Shown: positions 26,333 to 38,625 of the stretch, piece after piece | Layout of the letters: the number at the start of each line of letters is the position of its first letter | Position numbering within the stretch: position 1 is the stretch's first letter | Origin: Paragordius varius | Taxonomy: Eukaryota > Animalia > Nematomorpha | Assembly (NCBI GenBank): GCA_964247055.1 | Contig: OZ176056.1 | Coordinates: forward strand, 8,060,001 to 8,124,000 | Direction: 5' to 3' | DNA: 64,000 bases | Notes under the pieces: generated by a model | What the model saw: only the letters and a program-made list of their open reading frames with translations | Databases searched by the model: none | What the model was told of the DNA's origin: nothing | Translations under genes and position numbers: made by a program

Positions 26333-27933
26333 TTTGAGCTAAGAAATTCAGTAAAGCAAATATCTTGACACTAATACAAGCAGATTTTACTTAATTTTAT
26401 AAAAATACACACATAAAATTGATTGTTTAAACTCCCAATAATCAAAGCTAAAAGAGGAATGTTACGGTACAGTTAAGTGTTAGATCGGTTAAATTATTCA
26501 GCTGTTTCCTTCTAAAAGCAGTCATTCAAGGGCACATAACCAGTCAGGCAGTATCCTATTTGGAAAGATTATTAAACTTTTTTTTAACACTGTTTCGAAG
26601 ATATTGATAAGCACGATCGAAATTGATAAAATTAAAGATCTTTACACATTATTTTTAACATATGCCATGCTAACTAATTCCCAATTATATTATTATTTCG
26701 CGCTGTTATATAAAATTTAATTTTGATCGTGCATACTATAATTTTCAGCAGATAACACGGTGTAAAAACATTTCAACTATGATAAGATTTTATCGACAAA
26801 AAGTGAACTATATCACTCGAAAATTCATAAATAATAATTATTATTAAATCTAAATACGCATTTAGTCTTTAATATTTAATTAATATCAACTATGATTGTA
26901 AAAACACATTTTTTAACATACGATGTGGCCACATTTTAATTACTCCAAAATTTTAATTTTCCTAATCTCTTAAATTATAAATGTTTTTATGAAAAAAATT
27001 AAATCTTATTTCAATTTTGATAATAAATATAATTCCGATTGTATATATGTTTAAAGCACAATATTTGCAGTGGCGAAACTACGGGAAGCTAGGGAAAGCA
27101 GTTCGGAGGGGCCCAATTCAAAACAGGGGCCCTTTTTAATAAACCTTTATTTTAGTAAGAGACATAAAATTATTAAAAGACATATTGATGAACTTGGCGA
27201 TGACCATAGATTTTCCAATTTAGATAATAGGTTTATAGTGAATGTTTTCAATTTTAGATATTGTAATTTTTCAGTTAAAAACAGTTTTGGGTATTTATAG
27301 CTTAACGGATATGATTTTATTTTTGCTTTCATCAAAGTTCAAAATGAGTGAAGTAGAAATTATCAATTAAGCTAAAAAATTAAATAATTAATTATCCCAA
27401 CGATCTGAGTGAATATTATCCGATATAAATCGTGTCATTTTTTAATTCGTTTAAGGATGGGATAGCTTAAATTAACAATGCCAGGCAATTTGCAGAGATA
27501 CTAATTATTAAGTACCCAACAGTTTCAGCCAGTTGTGATGAAGTTATAACAGCCTTATTATTGTTTTTGACAATTACTATTGCTACAGCGGGACTTTCAT
27601 TCTGAAAGTTAATAATAATAAATATTAGAAGCTCGATGGCTAAAAAAAGGTTGAGCAATTTATCGTTACCAGCAATCGAAGCTGATATGGCGAATCAAAT
27701 AGATTAAAAAGATATAATTAGAAAATTTGCTCACGCAAAATCGGAAAACGAAAATACATGATTTCTGATTAATACACGCTCTAAATAAGTTATGTAATTA
27801 TTTAAAACTTTAAAAATGAACATTAAGATTAAGGAATTGGCGGTGGTTAGGGTGCGCGGGTGGGTACTAACCATCATATATAAAAATACCAGGAACACAA
27901 AACATTTAGACCCATGTTCGGGTAAGTATTACT

Positions 27934-28008
27934 TACGTCCTTATGCTTAAATCCTTATGCTTACATCCTTATGCTTTAATCCTTATGCTAACGTCCTCAT
28001 GCTTACAT
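27934..28008. repeat. 14-bp minisatellite, five copies
   Basis: (t/a)(a/t)(c/a)(a/g)tccttatgct units. Confidence 0.9.
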
Positions 28009-28167
28009 TTTTGAATAAAAATCCTACATTCATCATAAGTCTGCTCCTAGAAGACTTATTAAAATTTCAAAGTGGCATAACTTTAAAAATATTGCGAATT
28101 TTGAATTCTGTAAATTGGAGGATAGAAAGTAAAGTATATTTAACCAATAATATATAGGTTTGAGTAA

Positions 28168-29203
28168 TGTTGCTCCAATCTTTTGGCATTAAAGGGGTTT
28201 AGACAACCCCTGTTAAAAAATAGATAAATCCTAAAACATGCATGCCAAAAGTTTTTTAGAAGAAATAGGTACGCCTTTTGTCCACCTATATTTTTTAAAT
28301 TTTTTTGAGTTATCAAAATGAAATATTTGCATACTTCGTGAAATAAAAAAATCTACCCAGTTTTTTTTAATAGGACAGAAAATCTGTTTATATAACAAAT
28401 GATTTATAGGTTTTAGAATTTGCATCGATCCCCTACACATCTTAGTTAACTAAACCGCTTCAAAAAATATATTTGGAACCCACATGTAAAATCCAAAGTT
28501 TTTTAGAAAGTGTGCAAATGATTTAACTATATTTTTTAGATTTTGATGTCATGATTGAAATATCTGCACATTTTTTGCATTTTGAGGATGAAGCATTGAA
28601 GAATTTACCCATTTTATTGGATATTAGAAAATATTTACTCATTGTGGATATGAATGATTTTTACACGCTTACAAGGAAAAAACAATATAAATTCCAACTA
28701 TCATATATTTATTGTCAATAAATATTATTTTTATACATCTAATAGTAAATACTTTATAATATCCAATAAAATGGGTAGATTCTTCAATGCTTCATCCTCA
28801 AAATGCAAAAGATGCGCAGATATTTCAATCATGACATAAAAATCTAAAAAAATATGGTTAAATCATTTGCACACCTTCTCTTTGGATTTTACATGTGTGT
28901 TCCAAATATATTTTTTGAAGCGGTTTAGTTAACAAAGATGTGTAAGAGATTTATGCAAATTCTAAAACCCATAAATTATTTGTTATATTTACAGATTTTC
29001 TGTCCACCAATTTAAAAAATTCAAAAACTGGGTAGATTTTTTTATTTCACGAAGTATGCAAATTTGATAACTCAAAAAAATCCAAAAAATATAGTTGGAT
29101 AAAAGACGTACCTACTTCTTCTAAAAAACTTTTGGCATGCATTTTATCTATTTTTTACAGGGGTTGTCTAAACCCCTTTTAATACCAAAAGATTGAAGCA
29201 ACA
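28168..29203. mobile_element. Foldback element of about 1.04 kb (near-perfect palindrome)
   Basis: Arms of about 480 bp (tgttgctccaatcttttgg... / ...ccaaaagattgaagcaaca) around a spacer of about 80 bp near 28650-28730. No TSD found. Confidence 0.85.
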
Positions 29204-29713
29204 AAAAAGGGACAAAAAATGATCCAGATATGTGAATATTTCGGAACATTATTTGATAGCTAATAAGAATTTTAAAACGGTGCATTCATACCAATATATT
29301 GTTTACTTGGGAGAAAAATTGATTCAAAAAATTATTTTTGTGGACTTTGTTTTTTTTTAAAAAATTGCATTTTACGGGGGGAGCGGGTAAAAAGAGGGCC
29401 TAAATTAAAAAAGCGAGACGACTATGTTCGGGACAATCTAAAATAACTAAACAAAAATCATAATTGAAATTGAATGGTCCAACACGTTTTCTGGAAAACT
29501 GTCTCAAAGACACGATTTTTGTGGACTTCTGTTTTCAAAAAAAACCTATTTTTCACACGGGGTGAGCCCGAACTGGGAGCCTATTTCGAAAAAAGGGCGA
29601 AGCTATTGTCGGGACATTTATTAAGAATTATATTTTTTCGATATTTGGATTTGAATGGGTCTGCCGAAACAGATCACAAAGCCACCACTTTCCTATTTTT
29701 ATAAATATATAGA
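29204..29713 (-). mobile_element. Non-autonomous Helitron, short form, 3' end missing
   Basis: Reverse-complement homologue of 61091-61687. The 5' TC end is at 29713. Confidence 0.8.
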
Positions 29714-30656
29714 TTTTACAAAGAAATGCGCCAGGTGAAAAGATAACTGCAAACGATTTTTTGGGAGGGAAGGGGGGCGGGCAATATTTAAACCTTGCAG
29801 GGAGCTCAATAGTTCCGCCACTGAGTATTTGCTTATAAATTTGTTAAAAAAATATTAGGCAACCAAAAATTATATATATGATCACTCATTTATTAAATGG
29901 ATATCGTTTTAAATCGCTAGTTTTCCACTTTAGTTGAATTACAAAATATGGGACTATTTATATAAAAACGTTTTTTTACAAAGCTGCATCTTTAAAGTCA
30001 GTTCTGCAACAATTGTAATCCGGACCTACTTAGTTAATCACATTATTCATTTTGGAAAATTATAATATGATGCCTTGTACCTTAACAAGAAATAAGGAAG
30101 TGCTCGTTTTTCAAGCATTATTGGAAACGCAAATTAACTAAAAAAAGTTTTAACGTAACCAATGACATTCTTTACTTAATTTTTGGTTATATTTTACAAA
30201 TAAATTGTTTGGGATGAATTTTTACTTTTTAATAAAACAAACATTTCTTTTAGCGATTATCAGAATTGTTTGCATATCTCCATTGTGTCCCCAATTGGCA
30301 ATTTTAAAAATTTAAATAAATCTACATGTATTATTTGTTTTTTTAAACAAATAAAATATCAACAATGTTAGAGCCTTTAATATCTAGGGAACGGTTTACT
30401 ACATTGAGTAAATTTAAATGTCACACATATATTATTAAAAATTGGTTGTGTATGCGAGTTTAATATAAATATATATATAATTTTTTTGATTAACGAGATT
30501 AGACATTAAGATTATCACATAATTTAGCTATTATCCATACAAGTATAAACATAAAATTTAGATTCTCTCAAATAAATCGCTAAAAAATGGTTATAATATA
30601 TTGCAAACAGCCCATGCCTTTAATCAGTTTTTTGAAACGTTGTTCGCTATTGATGT

Positions 30657-33600
30657 TTAAGATGTAAGCGACAATGACAATGTAGCTCGACACATGGGAC
30701 AATCATCTTTCTTGTAAAGCCAACGTCGTAAACAGTAAACGTGATAAATGTGATTACATGGAGTTTGAATCAATTTAGCTTTACGTATATCCGTAGATTG
30801 CCTAATTTTCCACATATCCGTCGAAATTACTTGTAAAAAGTCGTTACGACAAATAGAGCATTGTGGACTTTCCGACATAAGATTGACCATTAAGGTATTA
30901 TAATGGTCTAGATCTTGCTCTTGTTGCTCTTCTTCTGGGTAATTAACAGGCTGTGTTCCCTTCTTCTTATTATTCGTCTTCTTTGAATCATTCACGATCA
31001 AATCAAACTTGTTTAATTTACTTAATATGAGATTTACGCTCAATCGCCGGGCCATAGAACGTAAGCCATCTCGCCCCTTCAACCAAATATTGAAGTAAAA
31101 ATGTAACAGCGTCATACATGCCCTTATAAGTGAACCACCAGAACTAAACGAGTATAAACTTTCATATCTATGGTCCTGATAAAATTTAGCAGTCGTACTG
31201 TTCCCAGACGCATTCAGGAAAAAGTGTGAATTAGTAAGGTAAAATATGTGAACAACAAAGTCCGAAATTATATTACAACTTTGCCCCGGGTAATAAATGT
31301 GGGAATAATGATTAAAATTTTGCTTCTCACCACCCTGATATGTAGTATAGTTATTGTAATGACCGCCGGTTAAAAATGTACTCGTTTCAAAAACTAACAT
31401 CCAAACTGCGTTAAGTAACAGAGCTAATCCACAAGTAAATTCACAAATCCCGGCTGCACATTTGATGGCCCAATTGACATGATCAACCCAGGATTCCCAT
31501 TCATTGTCAGGATAGGATTGTAATTTTGTATGAAACCATCTTTAATATATCAATATAAATACATTGTTATTTATGAATATATAAGAAAAAATTTATGGTC
31601 CATTTTAACCTGTCAAAAATTTAAAATAAGATTTTGTAACACTATATATATATATATTTATATATATATTAAACAAAACTTTAAAAATTTTGTTAATCAT
31701 AGCTTTTATGCAATTATAGATTTTTATATATTTTGCGCGCGCTTATCATATTATAGAAAGATTGTTAAAAAAGGGGAGATTGGATTTTATATCTCAATGA
31801 AAATGGTCTGGGGTTCTGTAATCGCGGTTTAACAAACTAAAATGCGGTATCGTTGCAGTTGTGTTTAAACATAAAATATTTGCATCTTTTGTTAACGCCA
31901 TAGTTTAACAACTAACCCGATTATATTTTTGATATGTATGACCAATTGCTTGAAATACATAACAAAATAGTTCGTGAATGATGTGACACCATATTGTAAT
32001 CCTTTCAACAATCCAGTAATGCAAACAAGGGAATTGGGATGAAAGGCACAAAACTTGGCTAAAATGGTTTGCACATATCGTATGATAAGGTCAAGAAATG
32101 AACTGTTATTGGGAGATGACCCATTTATATTTGTGGTTAAGGAAGTTGATTTATGATTTGCATTCCTCCAACATTGCTGTTGGACATACAAAGTTTCGTG
32201 TTCGAGGGACCATTGATAAGGTATATCATCTTTTTTGCTAGCAGGAAATTTGTAAAAACTGGGCACTTTTTTAGACTCTTGAGATATAACTGGAAATTCT
32301 TTCAGCAATATAAGGCACGTTCTATAAGAATCGAGGCGTTGAATGAAAAATTTGAAAAGGCTAAAACAACACTTTAGGGAAATCTCCAAACAAAGAATAG
32401 TTACGGAAATAAGCCATGTGTTTATCAGCGTAGATGTATATGGATAGGGTGTTATACCAAAAAAATTGAACCACCAACTACCGATTACAGATACTTTCGA
32501 TTGATTTGTAATATCAGGGTAATGGTCATTAGATTTATTCGTATTGTTATGTAAAGTAAGTATACTCTTTTGGTTTTCATAAATGGCATCATTAGTGTTA
32601 ACATTAAGATCCAATATATATTGACAAATAAAATGGGTTATCTTAAGTCGACACCATTTAATAGGTGCAAACCGAAAATGTCGACCCGAAGTTTGATAAT
32701 TAACATCTGTTTCGTTTAATGATAAATCACGCGTAAAAGATGAATAATTGACTCCAAACGTATTAATCTCTTGTTGTATACGGAAACAGAGTTCGGGGGT
32801 TTGAGCTGTAAGTGTTTGATGTTTCCAGAATACACATGTAATTAGGTACACCGGAATAAGGATAAAAGACAGTAAACATAATAATGTAATGAATTTTGGA
32901 AGGAACTTTGGTAGATTTTGCATTGAACATAGATATACATTAATTATCCTACTTTTTACATCGTTATATATGGCTCTAAAAGTGTTAGACTCTACTAATG
33001 GCGTATGTTGACCAGATTGCTGTGAAACGTTTGATGTTACCCTGAGAGATTTGTCTTTCCTCCCACCCAATGACATGGAATAAAGTGCTAGCCTAGGGAC
33101 TAATATTAAATCATGAATAAAATGGACAGTTGCTAACATGCTTAACACCAAATTTCGACCCAATTTATCCAGTTTGAGATTCGGATTTTGGAAACTCGTA
33201 AGTCCGCTTTGAGCGGATGAAACTATAAAAACTAAAGATGCGGTCCGAGATATGGAGTTTGCATCTTCAGACGCTGTACGAGAGGAGTTTTGAGTATTTG
33301 AATGATCTGATGCCGCGGGAACATTATTTAAATGTTCTGCAGCCATATCTGATTTCGAGATTAGGAATATCTTCAATCGTTCCACATAAATTATCACACC
33401 ATTCTCGATGGATTGAATAACGTGACACAGGATAGCAGCGCCGCCTAATAACGAAACATAGTTATCACATGTGAATATTAAAGTATGTCGCAAGCAACCC
33501 CTAAACATCCAAACCATTAAAAGTGTATGACTATCTGAAAATTTTTCAAAGTAATTAAAGGGTAGGGGCCAATCCAAGAAAAATGTGCTAAGTAAAAGTA

Positions 33601-34409
33601 AAATCGTTCGAACAATCCAATAAATTCGCAGGAGTTGGGGAAGTTTTAGGCGGGCCCATTCAGACTCAACGTAAAACCCAAAACCCGATTCAGAAATTCG
33701 TTGTTTGGCCTGATCGAGATAGTGGGAAAAATTTGGTTTTACCAACTGATACATTACAAGCATAGATTTTGTTATGGTGTAAAAACAAAATATAAAATAA
33801 GTGTATATAACAAGTTTTGAGGTAAATCCGGAATAATCTGAGGAAAAGGTGTCCATATAATTTGCTTGTTTATTTAAAGGTAATAATGATAATATACTCA
33901 AGGGCAAACTGCAAACTAGAAAGTAGAAATATTCGTATTGATTAAATACATTAAAATGAGTTGGGCAAAAATATGATTTTTTGATTAATCGTATAAGAAG
34001 AAAATGAATTAATCCGGACAGAAATATAGTTGTATGGGATACCGGATTCATGTGAAGTGAAAGCAAATAGAAATTAATGTAAAAGATAGCAAAAGCATAT
34101 AAAATTGTCATGAGTTTTATATAGACAATTTTTCTGATGTCGTTCGTAAGTCCACATAACAGTATAGAAAAAATTAGTGCTAAAATATAAATTTGAATTA
34201 TTACTTGCAGATTGAAACAATTGAAACAAAATTCCCATCGTAATGAAAGGAAGAGACGATTTAAAATTTGTCATAATATTATAGCAATTAGTATATATTT
34301 CCAATAAATAATCCAAGGGGGATGATGATTTTAGAATGTTAAGAGAAACATCCATGGTAAAAAAAGTTGGCAAAAGCCAAGCCATCGATGGTACCTCATC
34401 CATATTCAT
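30657..34409 (-). CDS. RNF139: TRC8/RNF139-RNF145-family multipass membrane RING-H2 E3 ubiquitin ligase (model 1116 aa)
   Basis: Exons 34409-34205, 34179-31917 and 31539-30657 sum to 3351 nt in frame. TRC8_N-like motifs LPTFFTMDVSLN, LKLPQLLRIYW, WLISVTILCLEISLK and GSLIRACMTLLHFYFNIW. C-terminal RING-H2 CSIC...CNHIYHVYCLRRWLYKKDDCPMC. RNF139 versus RNF145 orthology is not resolvable here. Confidence 0.92.
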
Positions 34410-35950
34410 ATGCTATTATCGATTCATGCATATCATGTGTAATATCACTATGAAATTCAACACTCTATGACCTTTTGGGGTAGTTTTATGTCCCAAAGAG
34501 ATTAGAATATGTTAAAAAGTGATGTAGTAAGCCTAAAATAATTTCAGCTTTTTGGTCGCTTTATAAACGAACAATTTTTTTAATTAAAATTGTAAATAAT
34601 TATCAACAATTTTTAACCGCCTTATATTTATCTTCATCTTCAATCGCTAATCCAACAGGCAAATAAATATATATTATGGTTAGAAAATGTAATTATTTAA
34701 ACTTTCAGGTATCAGCAAAAGTTTTATTATTTTAATTTATATAATAGCTATCTCTTTTAATCGTTTTTTGGGGTCCAGATTATGTATCTAGAAGTCAAAA
34801 AATTGTAAAATTTTAAGCCTTTTATCTAATGCATCAGATTTTAACGAAAAAAAATTCTAAAAACGGCAAAATTGATGGTATAAAATGACACTAAATTGCC
34901 AAATAGGATGCAAAATAGTGAAAAGGTCATGAGGTGTTAATTTGGTAAGTTGTTAAACATTTAGCCACCCAATCAACCATTTCAATATTTTGGTAGAATA
35001 TTTATGAAAAACAAACAAGTTAATCAAAATTTAGTATTATATATAAATGAATGGTGTGAGTTTCGATCTGATCTTTTTATGTTGGCATCAGCAAACGTTC
35101 CAAAATTACTAAATTTAATCGTATCTAGTGCTTTAACATCCGTTTATAAATTGGATAAATTAGAGTAAAATAAATCATAAGTTTATACGGAGGAAAATCT
35201 TTATTCTATATCAGTGTGTTCACAAAATATAAAACACATTATGATTAAAATATTATTCTCATGGTTTTAGTTTTGGTATTTAAACTTTTGTAGATACAAA
35301 ATTTAAAATATGAAAATTTGCTCATTTACTTAACTTTTGGAGAAAGCTAAGCTTTGTACATTAAAAAAATCATTAAAATATATACTATAATTACTTGTTA
35401 TAAAATTGCAAATTAAGACGACGCGTAAAAAATAATTATGGTTTTTTAAAATAAAGATGGGGCCAAGATTCTTCGATAGAATTAAGTTTATGCTAAATTA
35501 GCCAAAAAATATTCTGTTTATAAGTTAAATTTTAGCTAAATTTTGGTCGAATTATACATTATGAAGCAGGGTCGGCAGGTATACAATTACTTACGATGTT
35601 GAATCTATCACTCCGAAACTATGATTTTATAAAAAATAAATGTTTTTCATATAAATATCTCGAATGTCATAAAATGTTCATCCAGTTAATAGATTATAAC
35701 TGAAGTATAAGTCATTAATTATTGCATTGGCATATAATAGGAAAAATTGTTATTCAATAATAATTTTATTATATAAAAAATATAATACAATTAGAGCTCA
35801 TAAGGGTTAAAGGTTATTTGTATATCCGTTTTGATATTTATCATTAAAAATAAAACCGTTTTTATTGTCTGTGAAGTTGATTGATTTAGAAATATTTTTT
35901 TTGACTTGGAAAATATTTCGAGTTATTTGGAAATTGTTTTGTTGTATCAA

Positions 35951-36449
35951 ATTAAATATTTTAAAAATTATAGAAGGAATCGAAACCTTGGCAAAATTTT
36001 CGACTTATATAACATTAATTAACCGAAATATATAAAAAATTATTCAAAAATACTTGATATTACTTATTTTAAGCTAAAGCCGAAAGGTGAAAATTTAGTC
36101 AACGTGACATGTGTGTAATGGTAAATTTAGAAAATAATACAAAATAAACCGCTTTTTCTATTTCTATCAATGTTAGATGTAATTTAAATATAAAATTAGC
36201 TTTGATTTTACCTTTAAAATTAAAAAAAGACGATATTTTGCAAAAGTAAAATAAAAATGGCGCCGAATTAGTTTGACATGGAATTTTTTTTCAAAACAGA
36301 ATTAAATTTAGATATTTTGGCATATTATATAATTTTTATTAGGATAGAAGCATAAATTTAAATTGGAACCGTTTCTTTCAGTAGTTTTTTAAAAATCCTA
36401 ACCCAAATTTGGTCTGGGGTATTTAGATACCCCAATTTGAATCCAAGTG
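35951..36449 (+). mobile_element. piggyBac-type MITE family A, 5'-truncated, next to a decayed family D arm (about 35710-35940)
   Basis: Ends ccccaatttgaatccaagtg followed by TTAA; body matches 12380-12860. Confidence 0.8.
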
Positions 36450-38625
36450 TTAATTGACTAAGAATTTGATATAGGAAATGTTTCGATTGACTTTAAACCT
36501 TTTATTGATTGAGAAGTGATATATATCATATATTTTATTGATATTTTTCGGAATATAGGAGCTTTTCCCAAAAAATTTTTTATCAACCTAATAAGCTCTT
36601 ATTTTAGATTTTATTGTATGGAGGTATACCAAAGTGTGATTTTATATATCCGTAGTCCCAACAAAAGCATCATGAGAATCCTGTATATTTTAATTTTATA
36701 TCTTTCGATCATATGCTCAGTGTTTAATGAAAGCAAACAAAATTTTCGGGCGGTTTTGAAACTAAACGCAACAATGACGACATTGCGCAATAAAATTTTC
36801 ATATATATATATATGCTATATGACATCAAAAAACATCCGATGAAATGGATATGCTCAAGACTTTGTTTTGAATTGGGCAACGTGACCCCAGAATTTAGAT
36901 TTTCACTACTAAAAGGCGGTTTCAATTTAAATTTATGTTTCTATCCTATAAAATTAATACGCTATAGTTAAAAGGGCGTCGGATTTTTAAATTTTTTTAA
37001 TTTGAACAACTTTTTTTCCAGCAAATGTAACATTTTTTCAGGCAAAGCATCATTTTTACAGCCAAACGCCATATTTTTAAATTAAAGACGACTTTTTTCA
37101 TTTTATGACAATTTATTAATAAGTATTTTTTAAAATAAGTCAATATTAGCGTTGAATTGTAAAATTTAACTAATCGTTAAGTTATTAAATACGTAAAAAT
37201 GGAACCAATTTATAGTACGGTTTGAAATTGATTATTTTAAATTGCAAGGGGTTGCATGGAAGGGCGCCATCACGGATTCATGCTCCGGAGCTAAGCCTCT
37301 ATCAACTAGCTTGACGCCGTTTTTATTTCACAACACAATTTCAAAATATCGAGTTTTTTGCGCCGCTAAATTTAATATTATAATTTCAAAATCAATATAA
37401 CATTAATAGAAGGAGGAAAAATGGTTTTAGCTAAATTATATATCCTCTGATACATCCGTAAAATGGTTAAACAGGTTTTTTAGCGACCGTATCAAAACTT
37501 GAGTTTAAAAACGCTTTTCTATATTATATTCAAAGATAATTTTAACATTTTTTCACAGAAATTTCATTTCCATTCTAATTTGGGTAAATTTTAAACAAAT
37601 TTTCTAGACGAACGGATTTTAATTGCGCAATTCTAAGCTGATAGAAACGCTAGGCATCAAAAAATATGAAAAAATGTTTCATAATATCTTAAAGTGTTTA
37701 AATAACATCATAAATAACTAATACAAAATAAGCATTTTCTAAAATATTATTATATAGCATATATTTATGATTGTTGTCGCGCTTCTCAGCATTTTACGAT
37801 TGTTTTGAGGGACATTTGTTCATTTTTATGTCTAAAATATTATTATAATAAATATGGTTTAGTTTTATTTTTAATTGATGTTTTATGATATATTTTTTAT
37901 TAATATTATTTTGCATAATGTGTATTTTGCGATTATTAGATATGGACCAGATAGCACAATGACATGTAAGGCTACCAACCTACATCATTATTTCGATACA
38001 GTTATCTAACGGAATATATTTGATTTGTTGCAAATAAAACACAATGATTAATTAGTTCTGATATATAAATGTATCAGGGTTTTCATGATCCTTTTGAAGC
38101 CTTATTTATATTTTTGCAAATGGTTGTATGTCGAAATCTCGCAAAATAAGCGCAAATTAAACTATTCAATTGTATTAGATAAGATGTTTTAATCCAAAAA
38201 ATATCAAGGATACCAAATCTGTTGCGTACACCCCATTGAGTTAAAGGCTCTTATGCCTTTACAATAAACATCATCTGGGTATAAAAACAAAAACAATATG
38301 GCAACTTTGACCATGAATGAAAACACCATAAAAATGATTATATCTCATAACACTCCGTTATTAACTGATCAAATAAAAAATACAAAGACAAACATTTTTT
38401 TATTTACTAAGCTAAGTAGCAAAAATCCACAAAAAATTATATAATTGCTAGATCAACGGTACGGTACTCTAACCGCGGTCCAAAGTTTATAAATTGTAAT
38501 TGATTTTAATTTTTGCCTACGATATATCTAAATTAAAAGATCTTCATATACATATAAAATTAATTTATTTCGGTAATTTCGAGCATTCGAAAGGATGAAC
38601 TACATACACATTTAAAAAAATAAAA

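Larger units (their letters stand above)
27068..29823 (+). mobile_element. Internally deleted hAT (Tip100/ZMYM1-like) element with nested insertions
   Basis: TIR CAGTGGCG(A/G)AACT; 8-bp TSD AATATTTG / AGTATTTG (7 of 8 match). Dimerisation-domain remnant at 27480-27750 (LLLFLTITIATAGLSF*KL...RSSMAKKRLSNLSL...DIIRKFA). Confidence 0.85.
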
